Positions 15,167-22,144 of a DNA stretch of 32,000 nucleotides are shown in pieces (within the stretch, counting starts at the first letter, position 1; each line of letters opens with the position of its first letter). The notes beneath the pieces were generated by a model. The model worked only from the letters and a program-made list of their open reading frames with translations, ran no database searches and was not told where the DNA came from. The DNA is from Candidatus Electrothrix yaqonensis (GTDB taxonomy: Bacteria > Desulfobacterota > Desulfobulbia > Desulfobulbales > Desulfobulbaceae), in assembly GCA_047651235.1 (NCBI GenBank), contig CP178758.1, forward strand, positions 210,001-242,000, given 5' to 3'. The translations under genes and the position numbers were made by a program.

Positions 15167-15186
15167 ATCCGAAAAAGATACCAGCT

Positions 15187-15840
15187 ATGTCTTCTTGTCA
15201 GGAAATACATTTTGACGATATTCTCGCCCGTTACAAAAAAGACCCGTATAACTATGTGGATATGTACGCTGTTCATACCGGTGAGGTCCACTTCCTGGTG
15301 GAGGAGGGCAGCACAGTTGAAGGTGTATCCGGGGAGTGGCAGCATAAACCGGGGACCCCCCTGTATAAAATCACCCGGGAGCGCAATACCAAGGCGATAA
15401 CCTCAAAGACCGGAGGCACAATCTCCGAAATTCGCTCCGATTTGAACGGCAATTTTGTCGAAGCAGGAGAGAAGCTGCTCACCATCCGGCATCCGCTCAA
15501 GAAAAAGGAGATTATCGAACGGATCCTTCAGGAAGTCCTGTTTCTCTTTGAGGCACCGGAACGGGCCCGTTATTATTTTTCCCTGGATATTCAGTCACGA
15601 ATTGATCAGAAAGGTGCCCGGTCCGTGTTCATCAAGCCGGGCGACGAAATTATCACCATGTCCCTGATGAAGCGGGATACTCCGGTGTATTATACTGGCG
15701 AACCCGGTATTATTCATTCCGTCTACTTTACGCCCGGTGACAGTATTGATCAGGGCACGCCGCTGATCGGTGTCTGTGCAGAAGATAAACTCCCCATTGT
15801 CCAAAAAGTCATCACCAGGGTCAAGGCTGAGTGGGAATAG
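15187..15840 (+). CDS. Protein with two biotinyl/lipoyl-like (barrel-sandwich hybrid) domains, non-canonical acceptor motif
   Basis: The C-terminal half, 'IKPGDEIITMSLMKRDTPVYYTGEPGIIHSVYFTPGDSIDQGTPLIGV', follows the biotinyl-domain pattern (V.GD...EAMKM....G.I..I.V..GD.V..G..L), with LMKR at the EAMKM position. The N-terminal half, 'HTGEVHFLVEEGSTVEG...GGTISEIRSDLNGNFVEAGEKLLTI', looks like a second, degenerate copy. Confidence 0.55.
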   Translation: MSSCQEIHFDDILARYKKDPYNYVDMYAVHTGEVHFLVEEGSTVEGVSGEWQHKPGTPLYKITRERNTKAITSKTGGTISEIRSDLNGNFVEAGEKLLTIRHPLKKKEIIERILQEVLFLFEAPERARYYFSLDIQSRIDQKGARSVFIKPGDEIITMSLMKRDTPVYYTGEPGIIHSVYFTPGDSIDQGTPLIGVCAEDKLPIVQKVITRVKAEWE

Positions 15841-15855
15841 CCGGGCTGATCCGGT

Positions 15856-16800
15856 ATGATACAATTTTCATTGCGTTCGTTTTCCCCCTTGTCTCCTTTT
15901 CTTCAGCAAATCCGCAGAGACCGTCAGCACCAGCTTGACCGGTTGGACACCAGAGGTTTCTCCGGGCAGGCCGTAGAAAAAATCCTTGCCTACGGCGCCC
16001 CGGTCGGTGCTGAGATCGAACATCACCATCGCCTTGACCGCTGCATGGACCGGCTGCAGCAGCTGATGCAGGAGGCCGAGCAGCAGGGCAGGGTGCTTGC
16101 CGCCGGAACAGTTGTGCTGGCCGATACCCTGACCGGCTCCACCGGGCGCTTTGACCGGTCCTGGTATGCCCCGGAAGGCGGGATCTGGCTGGCAATGGCC
16201 TGGCCGGATATTTTGCTGCCGGAATTTGCCCGGCTCCTGCCTTTTGCTGTCGGGCTGGCCTGCTGCCGGGCCGTGAGACGGTACGGTGTCGATGCCCGCC
16301 TGAAATGGGTCAACGATGTTCTAATCAGCAGGAGGAAGCTGGCCGGTATCCTCTGCACCACTGTGCAGCGGTCTGATGGGGAGCGTTATCATCTGCTCGG
16401 CATAGGGATCAACGGGAACAATCAGGTTTTCCCGGCAGAGCTGCGAGGAACGGCAACCAGCATCTGCCGGGAAATAGGGCGAGAGCTCGATCCTGCAGAG
16501 CTTGTTGCTGCGCTGCTGGCTGAATTACAATGGGCAATCGGCCTGCTGCATTATGATGAGGAACAGGCCCTGCGGGAAGGAACGGGCTGCGAACAGGGCA
16601 GGGCGTCACTGCTGCTCACTGCCTGGCGGCAGCTCAGTGATACTGTGGGGCGAAAGGTGGAATACGGCTTTGATGTGCAGCAGCAGCCGCTGTATCGGGC
16701 CCTTGCCACTGCTATTGATCCCTGCGGAGGGCTGATCATGGAGCTGGAAGACGGCAGCCGGGTCACCGAATATTCCGGTGAGATTGTTTATCTTGACTGA
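15856..16800 (+). CDS. birA: Biotin--[acetyl-CoA-carboxylase] ligase (group I, no recognisable N-terminal HTH)
   Basis: 'GSTGRFDRSWYAPEGGIWLAMAW' corresponds to the GRGRxGRxW biotin-binding loop. 'KWVNDVLISRRKLAGILCT' corresponds to KWPND...K.AGIL. 'HLLGIGINGN' also fits. Confidence 0.85.
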   Translation: MIQFSLRSFSPLSPFLQQIRRDRQHQLDRLDTRGFSGQAVEKILAYGAPVGAEIEHHHRLDRCMDRLQQLMQEAEQQGRVLAAGTVVLADTLTGSTGRFDRSWYAPEGGIWLAMAWPDILLPEFARLLPFAVGLACCRAVRRYGVDARLKWVNDVLISRRKLAGILCTTVQRSDGERYHLLGIGINGNNQVFPAELRGTATSICREIGRELDPAELVAALLAELQWAIGLLHYDEEQALREGTGCEQGRASLLLTAWRQLSDTVGRKVEYGFDVQQQPLYRALATAIDPCGGLIMELEDGSRVTEYSGEIVYLD

Positions 16801-16953
16801 AGGTAACTGTTCCCCCCCTATAAGCCCTATAGCTATGAAGAAATCCCCGCCGATATGGCCTTGGTGCATTTTTTTGGCATCATAAGGCCATGGAGCCGTT
16901 ATGGCAGGCGCCGCCTCATAGATGGAGTCCATCGTAAAATCAGGCTGTTTTTG

Positions 16954-17745
16954 TCAGTCGTGTATGTAGTAGACGTTCGGCAGTGACCCGACTTCCGGCC
17001 GAAGAACCCAGGCCCTTCTCTCCGGCCTATGGATCAATCGGGCGACTTTGCTGTTCGGATCGGACAGATCACCGAACACCCTGGCTTTTCCGCCCTTTGT
17101 CCGGCAGATATACGAACAGGCGGTTTCCGTCTCGCCTTTACTCAGCCGGGTATCATAGCAGAAGTTGCACTTATCGACCGTTCCTCCCGGAATTCCCCCT
17201 TCGGCCTCCTTGAAATAGCGGGCATTGTACGGACAGACGGCTATGCAGGTTCTGCAGCCTATACATTTTTTCGGGTCCATCATTACAATACCGGTTTTCT
17301 CATCCTTGTAGGTCGCCTTGGTGGGGCAGCCGGAGGTGCAGGGCGGGACATTGCAGTGATTGCAGAGCACGGGAATGAAGAGCCGCTCTGTTTCGCCCGG
17401 TCCGATGACCTTCTGGGCCTCCAGAAGAGTGGTACGGTAGCCGTATTCCGGCACATGATTGGTTTCCGCACAGGCCTCTCTGCAGAACTCGCAGCCGATG
17501 CAGTGATTCCGGCGTATGACCATGGAGTAATGGGGCCGATAGGGGTACGGATATTCATAGCCCATATCCGATGCTGCGCCTGCTTTCCGGGCCGTTGTCA
17601 GAGAGAGAATGGTGCCGCCCAGGTAGGTGCCGGTGACGGACAGCCCTGCTTTCAGGAATGTACGGCGCTCTTCCGAACGCAGTTTGTCCGTGCCCTCATT
17701 GTCGAGCTTTTCCAGTTTATGTTTATTGATATCCATTTCATCCAT
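16954..17745 (-). CDS. Tat-signal 4Fe-4S ferredoxin-type subunit (DmsB/NrfC/PsrB/HybA-like electron-transfer protein)
   Basis: ATG at 17745 with GGAG 8-9 nt upstream; the ORF-track start at 17826 is rejected. Twin-arginine signal 'ERRTFLKAGLSVTGTYLGG...ARKAGA'. Cys clusters 'CIGCEFCREAC', 'CNHCNVPPCTSGCP', 'CIGCRTCIAVCP', 'CNFCYDTR'. Confidence 0.8.
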   Translation of the reverse strand: MDEMDINKHKLEKLDNEGTDKLRSEERRTFLKAGLSVTGTYLGGTILSLTTARKAGAASDMGYEYPYPYRPHYSMVIRRNHCIGCEFCREACAETNHVPEYGYRTTLLEAQKVIGPGETERLFIPVLCNHCNVPPCTSGCPTKATYKDEKTGIVMMDPKKCIGCRTCIAVCPYNARYFKEAEGGIPGGTVDKCNFCYDTRLSKGETETACSYICRTKGGKARVFGDLSDPNSKVARLIHRPERRAWVLRPEVGSLPNVYYIHD

Positions 17746-17977
17746 TGTATTTCTCCGTTGAGATAACCGTTCTCTTATCAGAACACAAACTGCCCGGTTT
17801 ATCATCATGAATATCACTCTGCACAAAAAATGCGTACAATTCAGGCTGTGCGCCGGAAAATGCAGCAGTCAGAGTTATCTGAACGTAACTTGGCGGAAAA
17901 ATACAGTATCAGCATGGTTGCGTGACGTACCTGCAGGTGAACGATGTTCCGGTACACGAGCGGCAAAGGGCGCACAA

Positions 17978-18028
17978 ATTCTGCCGAAACAGTGCAGCTC
18001 GATTTTATAACCCGCCGCTCAATTGAGA
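17978..18028. repeat. Copy A of a 51-bp imperfect direct repeat (partner at 19230-19280)
   Basis: 45/51 positions are identical at a constant offset of 1252 bp. The perfect 22-bp core CAGCTCGATTTTATAACCCGCC lies at 17995-18016 and at 19247-19268. Confidence 0.85.
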
Positions 18029-18043
18029 GCGAAGCGGCGGGTT
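18009..18043. terminator. GC-rich hairpin downstream of the secreted-protein gene (candidate terminator), overlapping repeat copy A
   Basis: AACCCGCCGCT (18009-18019) pairs perfectly with AGCGGCGGGTT (18033-18043), with a 13-nt loop. On the minus strand it is followed by UUAUAAAAU and on the plus strand by UUUGACG, so the U-tracts are weak. Confidence 0.4.
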
Positions 18044-18097
18044 TGACGATCGGAGCTGGAGCTGATGCAGCCATTAAACTTTAATGCTTGTCGCCAA

Positions 18098-18754
18098 TCA
18101 CAGTACAGTGAGGTTGTATGTCACATCCACCTCGAACAGGGGGAGATTCGAGTCCAAGTCGCAGATCGCGCCTTGGATATGGAGCGTGTGTTGCCCTTCG
18201 GGCAGCCGAAGCATTACCCAGAACCCGTCAGACACTGCCTCCGAGTCGTCATGATGCAGAAAGAGCGGCGATTGAGCGCGAACGATTGCAGTGCCGGAGA
18301 ACAAACTCGGAACCTCGTCAACAGTAACATCCAGCCTGCAAGCACGGCTGTTAAAAAAGCCGGGGGTATTATCGCTCATAGCACCATCTAAAAAGTCCCG
18401 CTTCTCATCCACTGTATAGCTTTCTCCAGGTCCGTTATAGAACACTAAGTTGACCAGAGGAAAAAAAAGGTGCTTTCCCTTAGGCACGGTACATTCACGT
18501 TCTATTGGACCACCTCCGCCCGTTCCGGCAAGGAACCATACAGGACCCCGTTGTCCCTTGCTGCAGTCAACGACCCCCTCTTCCATTAACGGGTTGGGGT
18601 CCTGTGACTCCCGCCACTGCCACCATTCAGCTGACCATTCACCATAGGTCTTCCCGAAAACTGCCGGATTCCCTTTGTCGCCAGCATACGCAGATCCCGC
18701 CGTTAGAAATACTATAAGCCCAAGAATAACAACTGCTGCATTACTGTTCTTCAT
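18098..18754 (-). CDS. Secreted protein of unknown function
   Basis: ATG at 18754 with AAGGAGG 8 nt upstream. Signal peptide 'MKNSNAAVVILGLIVFLTAGSAYA'. The mature part is Trp/Gly-rich ('YGEWSAEWWQWRESQDPNP', 'VWFLAGTGGGGP'). I cannot name a family. Confidence 0.7.
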   Translation of the reverse strand: MKNSNAAVVILGLIVFLTAGSAYAGDKGNPAVFGKTYGEWSAEWWQWRESQDPNPLMEEGVVDCSKGQRGPVWFLAGTGGGGPIERECTVPKGKHLFFPLVNLVFYNGPGESYTVDEKRDFLDGAMSDNTPGFFNSRACRLDVTVDEVPSLFSGTAIVRAQSPLFLHHDDSEAVSDGFWVMLRLPEGQHTLHIQGAICDLDSNLPLFEVDVTYNLTVL

Positions 18755-19229
18755 TATAACATCCTCCTTTCTTTATGGAATCGCCTTACTGCCAAGCCCT
18801 GTGAAGCTGCGGAACATGGAGCGGTCCATCCTATCAGGGCAACAAATAAGCGGAGCGGAAATTTTCCATGCTGTTGAAAGTAACAGCTTCTGTAAAAATC
18901 AACTTGTTCCGATAGACGGCAAGGCGAAAAATAGGAAATATTTTTCCGTTGAAGTTTTCACTTTATTATTATCGAGTATTACTCCTTTAAAGGAATTTTT
19001 ATCGATAGCATGTTGGTATTATCAGATACAAGGGACAGTTCTGTCAAGTGAAAAAATATTGCAGAGCAGCTGTGTCCGGTCAGACTTCTGTGTCCGGCTG
19101 TTGAAAACAGGCTGTTATTCTTGATAGAAAGTTCGGAGCAGCGCGGCTTTATTCCGATATCGATTTTGAGGTGAAAAACAGAAAAACGTCGGAGAGAAGT
19201 GTGTTAGGTTGGCGACGGGACTCATCAGG

Positions 19230-19280
19230 ATTTTGCCGAAGCGGTTCAGCTCGATTTTATAACCCGCCACTCAATTCAGA
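19230..19280. repeat. Copy B of the 51-bp imperfect direct repeat (partner at 17978-18028)
   Basis: See copy A. Its right end overlaps a different hairpin: TTCAGAAGC (19275-19283) pairs with GCTTCTGAA (19298-19306), with a 14-nt loop. Copy B ends 119 nt downstream of the Roc-COR gene stop. Confidence 0.85.
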
Positions 19281-19398
19281 AGCATATTTTTCAAACAGCT
19301 TCTGAAGCGGCTGAATCCATCTGAAATCAACCGGTTGTATAAGTGCCCGCCGAGAGACATCCTGCGAGGGGCCGCAGCGGCTCTGCTTTCTGACATGA

Positions 19399-22050
19399 TC
19401 AGGTGGCTTTCAGCAAGGCAAGAATGCCCTTGATGGTAGCTGTTACAGGAGCAGCCATTCCTGCACACGCTTTTGCTGCTTCAATCAATCCTTCCGCACT
19501 CAATTCATACCATTTTCTTCGCGGTGTTTCTTTTGTCGCTTCTTTCACCAAACTATCCAGGTCTTGAGCAGCCTCTTCTCTCTTCTCTTCCGGCAGTTCG
19601 GGGAGCATCTGCTCAACTTGCTGACAGAGGCGTTCCAGTTCAGTTTTCAAAGCAGGTTCAGCATCAGATTCGGCGATTGTATTGAAACTGTTCTGGATCG
19701 TCGAGCCTGCAATTGTATTTCCGTGAACAGTTGCCCCATCACCAATAACGATACTGTTGTCGTTTTTACTTGTTTCACTAACCATAATATCCCCCTTTGG
19801 ATTATGAAAATTGTATATTGTTTTCCCCTCATTTTCCTGCTGATACGCCGGTCTCGCCTCTCTGGGCATGATCTGGAGGATTTTGCTCAAATCAAATTTG
19901 CCCGCTTTGCAGATGTATTCTGTGCCGCCGTTTTCTTCCAAGGCGAGGAGATCCTGAAAGTCAGCGCGGACGACCTGCTCGGAGCGGTGGAAGTTCAGCG
20001 GCGGGGCACTGATTCTGCTTTCTTCCGGTACAATCACGAATTCCTCAAAACGGAGTTCCGGCATCAGATCAAGAAGTTTATGAATATCTCGATAGATAAT
20101 TTTGAAATAGTCGTTTGCCTTTTTGCCATGTACCCAGATAGCCAACTTGCGGTCATGGTAATCAACCTGAATTAAGGCTTCTGCTGTTTCATCCTTAGAA
20201 TGCAGGATGACACCATTCTGCCAGACCATTTTTTCCTTGATCTCGTCATGGAATTCCACAATGAAGTTAGGCATGATGTGGCGGGGCAGGAAGCCGGTAA
20301 AATCGAACTCAAAGGCAAGGCTATCCTTTTTGTTAAAACTGTGCTCGGGCTGATCGGAGTTCAGTAGAGCCGGGATGATAATCTTGTCCGGTTCATGGCG
20401 GCAGGGAAAGCAGAGTTTGAACTGTTCCATCGCCTGAATGACAATGGCCGACTTTTCCGGTGGATAATTGAGCACATTGCCCAGATTGTCCTCAACCTTG
20501 GCGGCACTGAGGATGCGGACAACCTCGTCCCTGTCCAGCCTGCCCTGCTTTTCCTTAGCCTCGTTGGAATAGAGCAGGGTATAGACGCCGTAGGTCAGCC
20601 ATCTGGGATTAAGGATATAACTGTCCAGAGCAGCTAATTTGGGAAAATGGACAATCACGCCGAGCTTGTCAAAGAGGTCCAGGAGCCATGCCTGATTCAG
20701 GTCGCCCTGCTCGGCAAGCCCTTGGTCTGCGCAGAGATCAAGCCAGTCGGTTTTGGGGAGAAAAGATTCCGTGCCGGATCGGTCGGTCAGCTCATCCAGA
20801 ACGGCCAGATGAGCCTTGCCAAAGCGGACGGTATGCACGCCCAGTTCCGCAACCTCTTTGCTGAGGTCGTTTTGGAAACGCTGAAACTCCAGGGCATATT
20901 TGTTTTGGTATTGGGTGCAGGAGAGCGGGTAAAAACCGAGCACGTTATCATGCTTTTCCTTGAGCCGGGCCATGTCCAGGTTAACCGCGCAGAGATCGGC
21001 TTTATTACCGACCAGCATAACCGGGGCCTTATTGCCAAAGGCCCGCACATGCTCCAGCCAGTATTCGGCCTGCTCATTGGCGTTGATCTCGGTACGACCG
21101 TCCAGGAGGAGGACATAGAGACAGCGGGAGCGGAGAAAGAACTGGTGGGTGGCGTGGGCCACGACTTGTCCTCCGAAATCCCAGAAATGGGCGGTGATTT
21201 CCGTGTCCGGTACCTGCCAGGTGGAGATATCTATGCCCGGCGTCATTTTTTCTTTGCCCTCATCTACTTCCAGGCCGTTCAGGGCTCGGATGAGGGAGGT
21301 TTTGCCTGCTTCCCCATAGCCGAGAAAGATAACGCGGACTCGGTTGAGGGGGCGATCTGTTTGGCTGAGGTTCTTCAGGTAGGCATTGATCTGCGCCGGT
21401 TCCTGAGCCAGCTGTTCTTCGGAAAGATAAACGATAGCCTTGAGCAGTTCCGTATCCGGCTCTTTTCCCTCCAGCCAGTCCTGGTACCAGTCGGCCCAGA
21501 TGTCAAAGCCGAAGCCGTAGTCGCGAAGAACCTGAACAAATTCTTTGCTGCGTTGATGCCATACATCTTCCGGGGTCCAAAGCGGTTGCAAGAGATATGC
21601 TGCGACTTTTTTATCTTCTTGGTATATTTTTTTCAAAAAAGAAATTTCTTTTGCAACATCTATGCCAGCAGTGGAGGCGGCGTAGGAGGCGTAGGAGGCG
21701 GAGGAGGCGGAGGAGGCGGCGGAGGCGGCGTAGGAGGCGTAGGAGGCGGAGGAGGCGGAGGAGGCGGCGGAGGCGGCGTAGGCGGAGGCTTTGGCGGCGT
21801 AGGCGGCGGCGTAGGCTTCGGCGTAGGAGGAGGCGGCTTCGTAGACGTAGGCGGCGATACCATTAGCCCGCAGCACGGCAAACAAATACTGTGATCGCTT
21901 CTCGTCCGGCCAGTAGGCAAAATAAAGATCAGTTAGTTGCTTTTTTTCTAACAATGCAGGCAGGCATTGGGCCGCAGTCCGGACGGCAAAGGCAGCTACC
22001 CATTCCCTAGGCAGCTGTTCCAGTTCTTTTCGTATTTCTTTTTTGTTCAT
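19399..22050 (-). CDS. Roc-COR (ROCO-type) GTPase, 883 aa, with unassigned N-terminal helical/Ala-Ser-Tyr-repeat/Trp-rich module and unassigned C-terminal tail
   Basis: ATG at 22050 (MNKKEIRKEL) with AAGGAAG 5 nt upstream; the ORF-track start at 22113 is rejected. GTPase motifs: G1 'GYGEAGKTS', G3 'DFGGQ', G4 'NKAD'. COR-like blocks: 'LLDLFDKLGVIVHF', 'IIIPALL', 'FEFDFTGFLPRHIMPNFIVEFH', 'WQNGVIL'. Confidence 0.8.
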   Translation of the reverse strand: MNKKEIRKELEQLPREWVAAFAVRTAAQCLPALLEKKQLTDLYFAYWPDEKRSQYLFAVLRANGIAAYVYEAASSYAEAYAAAYAAKASAYAASAASSASSASYASYAASAASSASSASYASYAASTAGIDVAKEISFLKKIYQEDKKVAAYLLQPLWTPEDVWHQRSKEFVQVLRDYGFGFDIWADWYQDWLEGKEPDTELLKAIVYLSEEQLAQEPAQINAYLKNLSQTDRPLNRVRVIFLGYGEAGKTSLIRALNGLEVDEGKEKMTPGIDISTWQVPDTEITAHFWDFGGQVVAHATHQFFLRSRCLYVLLLDGRTEINANEQAEYWLEHVRAFGNKAPVMLVGNKADLCAVNLDMARLKEKHDNVLGFYPLSCTQYQNKYALEFQRFQNDLSKEVAELGVHTVRFGKAHLAVLDELTDRSGTESFLPKTDWLDLCADQGLAEQGDLNQAWLLDLFDKLGVIVHFPKLAALDSYILNPRWLTYGVYTLLYSNEAKEKQGRLDRDEVVRILSAAKVEDNLGNVLNYPPEKSAIVIQAMEQFKLCFPCRHEPDKIIIPALLNSDQPEHSFNKKDSLAFEFDFTGFLPRHIMPNFIVEFHDEIKEKMVWQNGVILHSKDETAEALIQVDYHDRKLAIWVHGKKANDYFKIIYRDIHKLLDLMPELRFEEFVIVPEESRISAPPLNFHRSEQVVRADFQDLLALEENGGTEYICKAGKFDLSKILQIMPREARPAYQQENEGKTIYNFHNPKGDIMVSETSKNDNSIVIGDGATVHGNTIAGSTIQNSFNTIAESDAEPALKTELERLCQQVEQMLPELPEEKREEAAQDLDSLVKEATKETPRRKWYELSAEGLIEAAKACAGMAAPVTATIKGILALLKAT
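21673..21782. repeat. Perfect 48-bp tandem duplication (plus 14-bp third start) inside the Roc-COR gene, encoding (AASSASSASYASYAAS)n
   Basis: 21673-21720 and 21721-21768 are identical: GGAGGCGGCGTAGGAGGCGTAGGAGGCGGAGGAGGCGGAGGAGGCGGC. The next 14 nt repeat again before diverging. There is an internal 9-nt sub-period. 48 nt equals 16 codons, so the repeat is in frame. Confidence 0.95.
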
Positions 22051-22144
22051 ACGCTTCCTTCGGGCCGTGACCCTACGACACCATGAAGTTTCTCCAGCCT
22101 CCTCGTTGATCATTGCCGCGACTTAAATAACCGGGCAGGGCATT

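Noticed and set aside
17029-17766. 245-aa plus-strand ORF opposite the 4Fe-4S gene
   Set aside because: The minus frame has the Tat signal and four Cys clusters. The plus frame is a shadow.
18675-19124. 149-aa plus-strand ORF in the AT-rich spacer
   Set aside because: It begins inside the secreted-protein gene on the opposite strand. It has no RBS and a low-complexity hydrophobic or odd composition, and probably arises by chance in AT-rich DNA.
21660-21850. Repeat array as a possible CRISPR or non-coding satellite
   Set aside because: The units abut with no spacers, are in frame, and lie inside a well-supported CDS. No cas genes are present.
20647-21894. 415-aa plus-strand ORF antisense to the Roc-COR gene
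   Set aside because: It is a shadow ORF in a long gene. The translation has no motifs, and its end is the repeat artefact. The minus-strand frame carries the G1/G3/G4 motifs.
21597-21920. ORFs encoding poly-Arg (21597..21866 +), poly-Gly (within 20647..21894 +) and poly-Pro (21660..21920 -)
   Set aside because: They are alternative-frame read-throughs of the GGAGGCGGC-type repeat inside the Roc-COR gene. That gene's frame continues into clear GTPase and COR motifs. These ORFs have no independent start or RBS support.
22051-22113. 21-codon 5' extension of the Roc-COR ORF
   Set aside because: The internal ATG at 22050 has AAGGAAG at ideal spacing. The extension ('MINEEAGETSWCRRVTARRKR') has no RBS and would consume most of the divergent promoter region.
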